From Deltaproteobacteria bacterium (GTDB taxonomy: Bacteria > Myxococcota_A > Polyangia > HGW-17 > JAJRWW01), in NCBI GenBank assembly GCA_029938605.1, contig JAOZUO010000004.1, positions 23,048 to 87,047 on the forward strand: a stretch of DNA of 64,000 bases, read 5' to 3'. The position numbers were made by a program, and so were the translations under genes. Below are positions 35,570 through 45,310 of the stretch, in pieces (position 1 is the stretch's first letter; the number at the start of each line of letters is the position of its first letter). The notes beneath the pieces were generated by a model. That model searched no databases. It saw only the letters and a list, made by a program, of their open reading frames with translations, and had not been told where the DNA came from.

Positions 35570-38500
35570 CTATTTTTCACCGAACTTGAAGGTGGCCTTG
35601 TCGATGATGGTCGATAGAGTTCCCGGCTGGGCGTGCCGTTCGTTCGCCAGCGGATACCGGTCGGGCGCCAGACGATTGATCTCCCGCTCACAGAGGCGGG
35701 ACCACTCGTTGAAGCACCGCAGCCTCTTGGACTGGGCCAGGCAGGTCTTGTACCCATCCTGTGCCTTGGCGAGCACTGGATTGTGCGCCGTCCCCCTCAA
35801 CATATTGTAGGCGTCCCGGACCGCGCAGTCCTTGAGGAACGTTGGCTCCGATGCGTTGAGAAGCAGCTCGGCGTAGTTGTGGTAGATCATGGCGGAGCGG
35901 GCCACTGAGGCGATGGACCAGTGCGTGTCACCACGCCTGCCGTCGCCGGTGTCCACCCGGGTGGTGGTGATGACCGACATGAACTTCTTCACCAATTTCA
36001 CGCCCGAAACCAACTTCGACTTTTGCCACCTGGTGAAGCGCCTGATGGACCGCTTTGCTTTCAGAGGATTTTTCGGGTCGAAATCCAGCTTTCGGGGCAG
36101 GCTCCATTTGAGGTAGTTTTCGAACCCGAGCTCCGCGCTCATGAACGCCGCCTGGGCGGCGTAGTGTCGGGCGTTGTAGATCTTTGCCATCCGATCCGTA
36201 TCGTTCTTCGGGATCTTGAGCAGGCCGCGGCCCTTTGCCCAGATCCGCAGGGCCCGGGCGAAGTATCGCTTCGCCATGCGCACGTTGGTGCTTTCGCGCT
36301 TAAGAAAAATGATCTTCTTCTGCTTCTTATTTTTACCTTTGCGCCGGTAGTACCGGATCCGGATGCACTGGCCGTGGGTCTGAGTCACCTTGCAGCTCCG
36401 TCGCCACCAGATGGCTCCCAACTTGGACAGGGCTTCTATGTGCTTGTCCACCTCGCCCGCCGATCCATAGGTCCGGGCGTAGCGGTCCAGGTTGACCAGG
36501 ACACTGTCCTCGTCACCCTGGTTTTCGTACATCTTGACCACCAGCCAGAAAGCCTTGGCTGACAGTTTCTTGTACTTGCCACCCTTGCGACTGTAGCGCT
36601 TGATGAACGCCGCGGCGTTCTTCATCATTTTGAGCTCTTGGCCGAGACCACCGCGGAGCACGATGCCCCACAGGAGGCTTTCGGGCGCTTCCTTGCGTTT
36701 GGAGTACTTGTCGAAGAACCGCTCGTACCACTTGGCGGCCTTCTTGAAGAACGCCAGGCTGCGGAAGTTCCCCGCCAGGTAGTACATGGACAGGGCGCGG
36801 TGTTTGGACTTTTTGAACCGCTGCACGATGGTTCGACGCATCTTCAGCGCTGGCCCCAGCATGCCGGCCGCCTCGTAGCAGGATCCAGCGTTCCAGAGGA
36901 AGGTGTCGAGGTTGCTCGCGGAGGTATAGCGCGTGGCCATCTCCTCGTACGCAGCGCCGCACTCGGCGAACTTCCCGGCTTTGCTGAGCTGCGTGGCGTT
37001 CGCCCACATGGCCTTGAGCTTGTAGTCCTGCATCTTGGCGGCGAAATCCTCGTCCTCCATCAATTTTGGGGTTGCGATGAACTTGTCCACGTACCGACGG
37101 ACGTCCTTGTAGCGCTTCTTCACGCTGAGCATTCCGATGATCCGGAAGGCCGCCGTACGCGCCGCCTTGGGCATGTCATTTACGTGGTTTACGGCCACCT
37201 TGAGGAACAGCGGGAGCGCCTTGTCGAAGTGGTTGTGTTTCCAGTATATGTGGCCGGTGTTAAATACGATGGTCGGCAGGTACTTGGACCTCGGTATGTA
37301 CTTGCTGTAGGTCTTGAAGGCCTTGAGCATGGCCACGTGGGCCGCCGGGATCTCCTGTTTCGGGTACTGGTAGGTCCACTCGACGCAGCGCCGACGCTTC
37401 TTCTTGGCGCAGACCATTTTACTCTTGGCCCCGCTGCCCATGGAGCGGATCTCTTTGCTGGTGATCTTGTTGGCCTTCATCCAACAACGCACCGCGGCCA
37501 GGGCCGCATCATTGCGCTTTTTGATGTAGATTTTCTGGGCCATGGTGCCCGGCTTTGGCATCTTGACGATGGCCCCGAAGACGTGGGCCAGCTTCACCCA
37601 CTCGTGCAACGGTACGTTCGGATTCCCCTTGTTGAAGAACCAGAGCAGGTCCGCGTACTGGTAGCGCATCAGGTAGATGACCTTGGATTTGGGATAGGTC
37701 TTGATGTACTCCTCGTACAGGGCGCGGGTCTTGCTGAGGGTGTCCATGTTCTTCGGACCTTCAGCATGCCACTGGGTGGCCAGCATTTTCATGGTGTTCT
37801 CGGCGGAGCTCCGGCACTGAGTGACCTGCGGGGCCTTTCGGCCGAACTGCTTGATCAGACTGAGGGTGATCTTACCCAGCTGTTTCACAGCGCTCACCTG
37901 AGCGGCTTTGTTTCCCGTGTTGATGGTAGCGTCCACCATGGTGGTGGCCCACTGACAGCGGTTCTTGTCACGGGGCCAGCGCCGCCGGGCTTCGCCGAAG
38001 ATCTTGATGCAGTCGATGTTTTTACCTTGGGCGTAGTACATGGTGCCCAGCAGCACGAACATCGTCTTCGAAACGTGCGGACGCCCCCCGGACACTTTGT
38101 GGAAGAAGTTGTACGCCTGGTCGGGCCGGCCAATGTGGGTGAAGGCGCGGACCACGTCCTTGCGCGCCGCCTGGATCAGGTTCTTGCCACCGTGTTTGCC
38201 GCCCGAGACCTGGACGAACTTGGACAGGGCCAACCGATACTTATTGAGGTTGAGGTAACACCAACCGATCTTGTAGTTGGCGTAGGGTGCCAGCGGCGAG
38301 CTCTTGTACCGGGCTACTTTCTGGAAGACGGCGATGGCCTTCACGATGCGGCGGCTGTTGAATAAGAACTCCCCTTTGGCCAACAGGGCGTCGGGGATGA
38401 ATCGGGAGCGCGGATGCTCCTTCACCAGACGACTGAACATGGCCATCATGACCTGCGAGTACTGCTTGGCCTTGGCGTGTTTGCCGCGCTTCTTCTCCTG

Positions 38501-39115
38501 CTCGGCGAGGCTCTTGGTCATGTCGCCGACGGTGAAGATCACTTCGTCCATACGGCGGTAACTACCGTACTTCTTGTTGGTGGTGATGCGCACGTATTTG
38601 GTCACGGACTTGCGCAGCCAATCGTTGGCCCGGGCGAAGTACAGCTTCTGCCGCTTGCGCAACTTGTCGGCCAGACCTTTGTTGCCCGCCTCCCGGGCCC
38701 CGAAGATCCTGGGGTGTAGCGATATCCCGGCCTTCCACAGGTTCAGGCACATGGCGTTGTAGTGCTCAGCCACGCGGAACAGGTAGTCCGGGTACTTGCG
38801 GTCGCCGGGATCCGCCAGCTTCAGGGTCGACTCGAGCAGCCGGATCCCCCGGCGGATGAACCCTGCCCTTCTCGAAGCCAACCTCTGAAGCCTGGCCTGG
38901 GAATTGCGGATGACCGCCGCCTTGATCTGCTTGGGGGCGGTCATCTTCAGGGCAGCGGCCACAGACAGCCTCTTGTGCTTGCCCATCTTTTTGATTTTTG
39001 ACCCTTTGCGCGTGCCCAACTGGGCTTGTGCGGTCTGGGCGCTCAGCAGTCCCAACGTGGCGGCCACCAGGATGGAAAACGCAGTACGCGATTTCATCAT
39101 AGAGGTTTCCCTCAC
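35570..39115 (-). CDS. Large secreted, very basic (Lys/Arg-rich) TPR-repeat protein, 1181 aa
   Basis: Signal peptide MMKSRTAFSILVAATLGLLSAQTAQAQ. Multiple TPR-like helical hairpins (for example ALLAKGEFLFNSRRIVKAIAVFQKVARYKSSPLAPYANYKIGWCYLNLNKYRLALSKF). Long antisense ORFs on the opposite strand are rejected. Confidence 0.7.
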   Translation of the reverse strand: MRETSMMKSRTAFSILVAATLGLLSAQTAQAQLGTRKGSKIKKMGKHKRLSVAAALKMTAPKQIKAAVIRNSQARLQRLASRRAGFIRRGIRLLESTLKLADPGDRKYPDYLFRVAEHYNAMCLNLWKAGISLHPRIFGAREAGNKGLADKLRKRQKLYFARANDWLRKSVTKYVRITTNKKYGSYRRMDEVIFTVGDMTKSLAEQEKKRGKHAKAKQYSQVMMAMFSRLVKEHPRSRFIPDALLAKGEFLFNSRRIVKAIAVFQKVARYKSSPLAPYANYKIGWCYLNLNKYRLALSKFVQVSGGKHGGKNLIQAARKDVVRAFTHIGRPDQAYNFFHKVSGGRPHVSKTMFVLLGTMYYAQGKNIDCIKIFGEARRRWPRDKNRCQWATTMVDATINTGNKAAQVSAVKQLGKITLSLIKQFGRKAPQVTQCRSSAENTMKMLATQWHAEGPKNMDTLSKTRALYEEYIKTYPKSKVIYLMRYQYADLLWFFNKGNPNVPLHEWVKLAHVFGAIVKMPKPGTMAQKIYIKKRNDAALAAVRCWMKANKITSKEIRSMGSGAKSKMVCAKKKRRRCVEWTYQYPKQEIPAAHVAMLKAFKTYSKYIPRSKYLPTIVFNTGHIYWKHNHFDKALPLFLKVAVNHVNDMPKAARTAAFRIIGMLSVKKRYKDVRRYVDKFIATPKLMEDEDFAAKMQDYKLKAMWANATQLSKAGKFAECGAAYEEMATRYTSASNLDTFLWNAGSCYEAAGMLGPALKMRRTIVQRFKKSKHRALSMYYLAGNFRSLAFFKKAAKWYERFFDKYSKRKEAPESLLWGIVLRGGLGQELKMMKNAAAFIKRYSRKGGKYKKLSAKAFWLVVKMYENQGDEDSVLVNLDRYARTYGSAGEVDKHIEALSKLGAIWWRRSCKVTQTHGQCIRIRYYRRKGKNKKQKKIIFLKRESTNVRMAKRYFARALRIWAKGRGLLKIPKNDTDRMAKIYNARHYAAQAAFMSAELGFENYLKWSLPRKLDFDPKNPLKAKRSIRRFTRWQKSKLVSGVKLVKKFMSVITTTRVDTGDGRRGDTHWSIASVARSAMIYHNYAELLLNASEPTFLKDCAVRDAYNMLRGTAHNPVLAKAQDGYKTCLAQSKRLRCFNEWSRLCEREINRLAPDRYPLANERHAQPGTLSTIIDKATFKFGEK

Positions 39116-39282
39116 CTCTCCCCGGCGGCTATTAATGATTTCTGCAGGCAGTCTGTCCGGAGGTCGACCTCCTCCGAACGGCTCAACTTCCAGTATACAC
39201 CGTTTGAGCGCCCACCTACGCGGTTTCTACGCGATTTCTGCGCGGTCCCCGAGTTCTCGGCAGCCTGACGGTGTGGAGTTGT

Positions 39283-39789
39283 TTACTTCTTGAGGCTTTT
39301 GCAGGCCTTGACTGCGTTGGTCTGCTGAGCCGGGCGGTGGGCGGTGGTGGTGCACGTGTAGGCTTTGCCACCAATCGTGCGGTGGACCCGGACAAAATAG
39401 TTTGTGCCCATGCCGCCCTTGTTCTCGAAGGTGAACACCCATCCATCACTCAGCTTTTCAGTTTTGATGTTCTTGGGGGTGAACATCTCGGCTTTCTTTT
39501 TTGCCTCCTGGACGGTTTTGGGATCAGAAGCACCGGCCGGGGCGATGGAGACCACCAAGCCAGGGGCCTGGATCAACACGCCCGTGCCCATTATGCCCTT
39601 GCTGATGTTGGCCCCCGCGGGCAGATCGATCTTGAGGCCATCGACCTGCTTCAGGACCGTGGCTTTGGGCTCGGCTGATTTTTTTGCCTTGGGCTCGGCC
39701 GATTTGCTTTTTGAAGAGTCCCCGGATGAGGGTTTGCCACAGGCCACCAGGCCCACAATGGCGACTAGAAACAGTGCAGTGATTTTCAT
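39283..39789 (-). CDS. Small lipoprotein, hypothetical
   Basis: MKITALFLVAIVGLVACGK lipobox, then a Lys/Ser-rich linker and a ~100-aa beta-rich domain. Local GC is slightly reduced. Confidence 0.55.
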   Translation of the reverse strand: MKITALFLVAIVGLVACGKPSSGDSSKSKSAEPKAKKSAEPKATVLKQVDGLKIDLPAGANISKGIMGTGVLIQAPGLVVSIAPAGASDPKTVQEAKKKAEMFTPKNIKTEKLSDGWVFTFENKGGMGTNYFVRVHRTIGGKAYTCTTTAHRPAQQTNAVKACKSLKK

Positions 39790-39802
39790 GATTGGTTCTC
39801 CT

Positions 39803-40495
39803 TTATAGGTTGGCGATCTTTTTGGTTCGGATCACGGTCAGGTCGTTGCAGGGTTTGCCCTTGGCGCGCTTGCGGGCGGTGCGGGTGTCGCAGTGGCCCT
39901 TGGCGTTGGCGGGGTAGCTCACTTTGATCTTGCGTACAGTGATGGTCACCCCGGTCCCTTCTGATACCACCGTGCTGGTGGCTGTGTGACCGTTTTTACA
40001 CACCGACTTTCTGAAAAACCCCGTGAAGTACTCGGCGCCTGTGAGCTTCCCTTTGGTGATCTCGCGGAAGTTGAAGTGGAAGGTCCCCCCCTCCCACTTC
40101 TGGACGTGCTTTCGACACTCGGCCACGGTCCCGCAGGAATAGGCCATCAGCGCCTTGCGAACCATCAGCTCCCCCATCACGAGCACCACGAAGCCGTCGC
40201 GCCCCTCGTCCGACAACACGGCCCCCTCGGCGGTGCAGACCTTCGGGTTGTGCGTCGTCTTCGTGATCTTGTAGATGCCGAGCAGCGGCGTCGCCTTGGC
40301 GATGACCGCCTTTTCCCGCTCAGCGGCGGTGTCCTTGTCCGACTTGTTGCCTTTGCAAGCGCTCAGGGCTAAGGTGCCCAGACCGCCTGAGATCCCGACG
40401 TAGAAAACAGGGACGGTGGGGATCAACACCGCGACCAGGGCGGCGCGAAAACGGTTGCGTAAACAGGGACCATACTGACGATTGGTTTTGCTCAT
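39803..40495 (-). CDS. Lipoprotein, hypothetical (Cys-containing beta-rich domain)
   Basis: Internal start MSKTNRQYGPCLRNRFRAALVAVLIPTVPVFYVGISGGLGTLALSACKGN. No family recognised. Confidence 0.5.
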   Translation of the reverse strand: MSKTNRQYGPCLRNRFRAALVAVLIPTVPVFYVGISGGLGTLALSACKGNKSDKDTAAEREKAVIAKATPLLGIYKITKTTHNPKVCTAEGAVLSDEGRDGFVVLVMGELMVRKALMAYSCGTVAECRKHVQKWEGGTFHFNFREITKGKLTGAEYFTGFFRKSVCKNGHTATSTVVSEGTGVTITVRKIKVSYPANAKGHCDTRTARKRAKGKPCNDLTVIRTKKIANL

Positions 40496-40530
40496 TGAAG
40501 GAGTATCGGGGATGAGGGCAGAGGGGTCAA

Positions 40531-40569
40531 CCGGCGCCTGACACCGGCGCCTGACACCGGCGCCTGACA
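40531..40569. repeat. Perfect 13-bp x3 tandem repeat in the promoter region between two divergent genes
   Basis: ccggcgcctgaca ccggcgcctgaca ccggcgcctgaca, sitting 36 nt upstream (minus strand) of the lipoprotein start at 40495 and 40 nt upstream of the 40610 ORF. Confidence 0.85.
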
Positions 40570-40609
40570 CACCCGAATTTTCGACTCGGGATCGCCAAGC
40601 TACAAGCTA

Positions 40610-42034
40610 TTGGATCCCCGACGATCCTTGTTTCCCGTATACTACTGCCCGGGAGAAAAAACATTGGGACATCACATCTGGAGCAAAGGGCCCACCGTAC
40701 GATCCCGCGTCAGTCGCGGCATAACCGGCCAACGCAGCGGGCAGGACGTTGCTGAGATCCCCTACAAGAAAGGATTCTGGGCCAACTACGGCTGGCAGAC
40801 TCTGGTCAGCCTGGCGGTGTGCCAGGGGGCATTGATTGTACTGGTGACCAGCTGGGAGGAGCTGTTCGCCGCGGGGGGGATACTCCACCTTAGCTTCGTG
40901 GTTGCCGTGTTCCTGGGGAGCGGTGTCACGCCGCTGTGGCTCTGGGGCAGCTACCGCGCCCTCGCCAAGGTGTTCGGCGACGTGGAGGATCACAAGCCGG
41001 TTCTGGCGCCGAAGCTGATCAAGGAGCACCCGAACCCCACGGTGTACGTGGACCACACCCATGTGGTGATCGCCGGGGTGATTCTTCTGGTCCTGGGGGC
41101 GGCGGATCTGCTGTTCGGCTATGCGGTGGTCTTTGGGGGGGTGAGATCCGGCAACGCCATCACGCTCGTCTGGCGCCTCTTCGGGATGTACCAGATACTG
41201 GAGGGCGTGGTGGTGCTGGGGCTGGGGGTCGCCACCCTGTTGGGCAAAGTCCGCGCCGCGGGGCTCGCCTTTATCTTCATGGTCGCGGGCTGGGGTGCGG
41301 CGCTGGCGACCCTGAGCATCCTGCCCATCGTGGTCCGCGCGACGGCGGCGGTGCTGGTCTGGCGCGGATACCAGTCCCTGCGGGAAATAACCAACCGCAT
41401 CATCGAGCCGGAAAAGGAGGACGCCCTCACTGTGTACTATCACAATATCCTGGCGGTCCTGGTTTGGGTGATGCGAGCCGACGGACAGTGCGACCGCCGA
41501 GAGAAGGCCAAGATGACGACCCTGCTCGGCAGCGTTCACCTGTCGCGCTTCGAACGTGATCTCGTGATCTCCGAGGCCAACCAGAGCGAGCGCCCGTCGA
41601 ACATCGAATCCACGGTTCGACGGTATCTCGAAGCGGCCGAGGCCCTCGATATAGTGGCCCCGGATCTGCACCTGATCACCGCCGCGCAGATCGTGGCCGC
41701 GGCAGACGGCGTGCTGCACGCTGAGGAAGCCACCGCCATCGGCGACATAGGCCGCTGGCTCGGGATGGATTCGGACGAGGTGGACGCCCTACTAGACCAG
41801 CACACGGCCTCCATGGACCTTGACGCCATAGACGGGGTTCGGGCCCGGGCGCTGCTGAACCTGGATTCCGACGCTTCCCCCGCCGACGCAAAGGTGGCCC
41901 TCGAGGCCTACAGGCAGGAGTATCACCCCGATCGCTTCGGACACCTGGGGAGCGCCATGGCTGACCACGCCGCCCGCCGTCTCCTGGCCGTGACCCGCGC
42001 CTACGAGATCCTGCAGGCGCAGACTACCGCTTGA
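40610..42034 (+). CDS. DjlA-like membrane co-chaperone: polytopic N-terminal TM domain + two TerB-like domains + C-terminal DnaJ J-domain
   Basis: ~6 TM helices in the first 260 aa. TerB-like segment ALTVYYHNILAVLVWVMRADGQCDRREKAKMTTLL and a second one (IVAPDLHLITAAQIVAAADGVLHAEEATAIGDIGRWLG). The C-terminal J-domain carries the HPD motif (VALEAYRQEYHPDRFGHLGS...RRLLAVTRAYEILQ). The N-terminal start is uncertain: the first ~35 codons look non-coding. Confidence 0.55.
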   Translation: MDPRRSLFPVYYCPGEKTLGHHIWSKGPTVRSRVSRGITGQRSGQDVAEIPYKKGFWANYGWQTLVSLAVCQGALIVLVTSWEELFAAGGILHLSFVVAVFLGSGVTPLWLWGSYRALAKVFGDVEDHKPVLAPKLIKEHPNPTVYVDHTHVVIAGVILLVLGAADLLFGYAVVFGGVRSGNAITLVWRLFGMYQILEGVVVLGLGVATLLGKVRAAGLAFIFMVAGWGAALATLSILPIVVRATAAVLVWRGYQSLREITNRIIEPEKEDALTVYYHNILAVLVWVMRADGQCDRREKAKMTTLLGSVHLSRFERDLVISEANQSERPSNIESTVRRYLEAAEALDIVAPDLHLITAAQIVAAADGVLHAEEATAIGDIGRWLGMDSDEVDALLDQHTASMDLDAIDGVRARALLNLDSDASPADAKVALEAYRQEYHPDRFGHLGSAMADHAARRLLAVTRAYEILQAQTTA

Positions 42035-42046
42035 GCCACAACTCCT

Positions 42047-42466
42047 TTACTCACTGTCCCCGTCCCCGTCTTTCCAGTACGTCGCTCGCTCGGCAATCAC
42101 CCACCGCACGCCACCGCGCGGGTCGGGAACATCCCCCCGCCACCGCGGGATCACGTGCAGATGACAATGCATCACCGTTTGCCCCGCCGCCTCGCCATCG
42201 TTCACGCCGATATTGAAACCATCCGGAGGTGGATCGAGCTCGATGGCCAGCGAACCACGCACCTGTTCGGCCAGCGTCCATAGGTCGGCCAACTCTTGGG
42301 CGGTACAGTCAGCGAGCCGACCCACATGCCTTCGAGGGACAACCAACGTGTGACCTTCAGCGACCGGGTAGGCGTCGCGGACGGCGACGGCCAGTGCAGT
42401 CGACTGCAGCTCACGCTTCGGTGAGAGAGCACAAAAGGGGCAAGAGTTGGCTTCTGGGGACTGCAT
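42047..42466 (-). CDS. HIT-family (histidine triad) nucleotide hydrolase
   Basis: Begins at the internal ATG (42466) of the longer 42047..43012 ORF, whose upstream part overlaps the opposite-strand lipoprotein gene. MQSPEANSCPFCAL...VAEGHTLVVPRRHV...AAGQTVMHCHLHVIPR carries the H-x-H-x-H-xx histidine triad. Confidence 0.75.
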   Translation of the reverse strand: MQSPEANSCPFCALSPKRELQSTALAVAVRDAYPVAEGHTLVVPRRHVGRLADCTAQELADLWTLAEQVRGSLAIELDPPPDGFNIGVNDGEAAGQTVMHCHLHVIPRWRGDVPDPRGGVRWVIAERATYWKDGDGDSE

Positions 42467-42556
42467 GGGTTGGGAGTATATCTTATTGGACCTCGGTCGT
42501 TGGTCATTGTCCCGCTGGTTATTAGGATTTATACTCGGGCTGGTGATTACAGGAAA

Positions 42557-44188
42557 ATGACACACATTAACGTCCAACGATGGGAACCCATCACGTCGCT
42601 TGCCCGGCAGCGTCCGCTTGGTGCTTTGGGTTGGCTGCTTCTGGCCTTTGGGGCGATCACCCTGGGAGCGTCTTCGGGCTGCCTCACCGACTTCTCCTCG
42701 CCGGGCTCCGGAGATGGAGGGGGCGCGGGCATTTGCGGCAACGGCATCGTGGAGGGTGCGGAGGCCTGCGATGACGGAGCGCTGAACCCCGGGGACGGGT
42801 GCGACGCCACCTGCCATTTGGAGCCGGGGTGGAACTGCTTCGGAGAGCCCAGCGTCTGCGCCATGTCTTGCGGCAACCTGGCGCTTGATCCGGGGGAGGA
42901 TTGTGACGGCAACCTGCTGGGCGGGGCTACCTGCGAGACCGTCTATGCCGGCTTTGATGGCGGAGACCTGGGGTGTACCGAGGCCTGCTTCTTTGACACC
43001 GCCAACTGTCACCTGCCCGGGTGTGGCGACGGGATGGTGGGCGTCAACGAGGAGTGCGACGACGGGAACACCTCCAACTCAGATGATTGCCTGAACAACT
43101 GTAGCGCCGCAGTGTGCGGCGACGGCTACATCCGCGCCGGCGTGGAGGAGTGCGACGACGCCAACGTCTATGACACTGACTACTGCACCAACGCGTGCAA
43201 GAACGCGGTGTGCGGCGACGGCTTCGTCTGGGTGGGGGTGGAGGTCTGCGACGACGGCAACGCCAGCTTGACCGACGGCTGCCCGGATGGGGCCATGGGC
43301 ACATGCCAACCGGCGGTGTGCGGGGACGGCCACGTCTGGGTGGGGCACGAGACCTGTGACGACCAGAACACCTCCAACACCGACGCCTGCCCCAGCAGCT
43401 GTGTTGCCGCCACCTGCGGGGACGGCTACGTCTGGTCGGGGAATGAACAGTGCGATGACGGGGACACCTCCAATTCGAATGACTGCCTTACGAACTGTAT
43501 CCACGCCACCTGTGGGGACGGCTACGTCTGGGTGGGCCACGAGACCTGTGACGACCAGAACACCTCCAACACCGACGCCTGCCTCAGCAACTGCGTCGCC
43601 GCCTTCTGTGGGGATGGCTACATTCGCGCCGGCTCGGAGGCGTGCGACGACGGAAACACCTCGAGCGGGGACGGCTGCAGCGCCTCGTGCACGGTGGAGT
43701 GTACGGGCTCTCTCACCACCACGTACACCGGCGGCGACTGGTTGTACCCGGGCGCCCTCATGTTCGAGGTCAGGGCGCTGACGGCCATGGAGCTCACCGG
43801 CATGGACGTGAGCCTGGAAGGCGACCCCACGGTGGACGTGGTAATTTACTATCGGCGTGGTATCTACGCTGGCCATGAGTCCACTCAGGCCGACTGGATC
43901 CTCCACACCACGGTGTCGGGCATCACCGCGGCGGGCATTCATCAACCCACATCGATTTCCATGCCCACGCTCTCGATGAGCAGCGGGGAGCTGATCTCCC
44001 TGTACGTGGCCACCACCTCGTCGAATCAGAAGATATTCAGCAATGTCGGGACCAGTGAGGGCGCAGTGTACAGGTCCAACTCATTTTTGACGGTGTATGA
44101 GGGGATCTCCCTGTACCACGCTTTCAGCACCACCCAATACTCGCCCCGGGTCTTTAACGGAACCCTCTACTACGACATCTGTCCCTAG
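42557..44188 (+). CDS. Secreted lipoprotein with about nine Myxococcus cysteine-rich repeats and a C-terminal beta-sandwich-like domain
   Basis: Start MTHINVQRWEPITSLARQRPLGALGWLLLAFGAITLGASSGC. Repeats of the form CGDG(Y/H/F)(V/I)xxGxExCDDGNTSNxDxCxxxCxxAxCGDG are seen about nine times. Two near-identical units at 43320-43440 and 43500-43620 (VCGDGHVWVGHETCDDQNTSNTDAC...) point to a recent internal duplication. Confidence 0.75.
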   Translation: MTHINVQRWEPITSLARQRPLGALGWLLLAFGAITLGASSGCLTDFSSPGSGDGGGAGICGNGIVEGAEACDDGALNPGDGCDATCHLEPGWNCFGEPSVCAMSCGNLALDPGEDCDGNLLGGATCETVYAGFDGGDLGCTEACFFDTANCHLPGCGDGMVGVNEECDDGNTSNSDDCLNNCSAAVCGDGYIRAGVEECDDANVYDTDYCTNACKNAVCGDGFVWVGVEVCDDGNASLTDGCPDGAMGTCQPAVCGDGHVWVGHETCDDQNTSNTDACPSSCVAATCGDGYVWSGNEQCDDGDTSNSNDCLTNCIHATCGDGYVWVGHETCDDQNTSNTDACLSNCVAAFCGDGYIRAGSEACDDGNTSSGDGCSASCTVECTGSLTTTYTGGDWLYPGALMFEVRALTAMELTGMDVSLEGDPTVDVVIYYRRGIYAGHESTQADWILHTTVSGITAAGIHQPTSISMPTLSMSSGELISLYVATTSSNQKIFSNVGTSEGAVYRSNSFLTVYEGISLYHAFSTTQYSPRVFNGTLYYDICP

Positions 44189-44192
44189 ACAA

Positions 44193-45209
44193 TCAAGACA
44201 GTTGCCCGACGAGCCGCAGCACGGCGGTGGCCACGTCCGGAGTCGGGAGCGGTGGCGGGGTTCGCTGGCCGGCGTTGAGCTCCCCCAGGAAGCGACGTAG
44301 CCGCTGGGGAGTGAAGGAGCCGAAGGTGCACCCGTCGCCCAGGCCGGCGCCACGAAGCATCTCCACGTTGAAGCGTTGCTCGTCGTCGTCTGCGTCGTAC
44401 AGGGCGAACTGGCTCACGCCCAAAAAGACGCACTCGGACATGAGCTGGCTCCCCGCAGAGGAGACCACCGCCGGGGCTGTGCGCAGTCCTTCGACAAAGT
44501 CGGCGCGATTCAGTGATCGGACGTTGATGGCGGCACGGGGCGGGTGGATGTGGCGGGTGAACAGGGTCACCGGGTGGCCGTGGTCTGCCAGCGCATCGAG
44601 CACTGCGTGGGCGTTGTTGTCCCGGAAGTAGGCCACCAGGGGGGCGTTTGGGTCGGGGTGAGGCGGTGAGGCCAGCAGGTCGGGCGGCAGGGCGGGTGAC
44701 GCTACGGTGGTGTGGACGGGATCCAGGGGTCGAAGCCTGACGAAGGACACCGCCACATGGTGGGTCGCGCCGAGGGACGACGCGCGGACCTTGAGCCCCT
44801 CTCGCCACCAGGCGCCGCGGTTCACCCCGGGCGGTCGGTGGCACGTGCCGGCCACGAGCCCGTGCCCCACCACCACGGTCGGGATATCGTGCAGGCGTGC
44901 AGCGATCAGGCCCGGGAGATCCGAGTCCGAGACCACGACGCTGGGGCGGTGGACCCGTTGGGCGGCGAGTGCCTCTCCCACTCGCCAGGCCACCAGAGGC
45001 GGCGTTCGTAGGCTGAATCGAGAGGGTATGCTTTGCACCCGACGACACTCGGTGACTTCGCGCACCAGGAGGGTGGCGTCCTCCCCGGCGAAGGCCAGCA
45101 CCCGGTAGCCCGCCTCGTTCAGAGCGCGGATTACGGCCACCGATCGCGTGGCGTGTTCCAGGCCGCGGCCGTGGACGTAATAGTGCACCAGTTTGTTGTT
45201 GGTGGGCAT
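44193..45209 (-). CDS. UDP-sugar-dependent glycosyltransferase, GT-B fold (MurG/PseG/MGT-like family 28/1)
   Basis: N-terminal HYYVHGRGLEHATRSVAVIRAL...G motif typical of MGT/GT28 N-domains, with a C-terminal nucleotide-sugar binding half. The exact family is not resolved. Confidence 0.6.
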   Translation of the reverse strand: MPTNNKLVHYYVHGRGLEHATRSVAVIRALNEAGYRVLAFAGEDATLLVREVTECRRVQSIPSRFSLRTPPLVAWRVGEALAAQRVHRPSVVVSDSDLPGLIAARLHDIPTVVVGHGLVAGTCHRPPGVNRGAWWREGLKVRASSLGATHHVAVSFVRLRPLDPVHTTVASPALPPDLLASPPHPDPNAPLVAYFRDNNAHAVLDALADHGHPVTLFTRHIHPPRAAINVRSLNRADFVEGLRTAPAVVSSAGSQLMSECVFLGVSQFALYDADDDEQRFNVEMLRGAGLGDGCTFGSFTPQRLRRFLGELNAGQRTPPPLPTPDVATAVLRLVGQLS

Positions 45210-45310
45210 AGGGTTTGATCAATGAAGCGCCCGCGATGGGGCGCACCTCCGGTCCGGGAGTATCTCCCGATCCTCTAGCGCCGGTCAAGGGCACCCCAGA
45301 CCGGTAGGGA

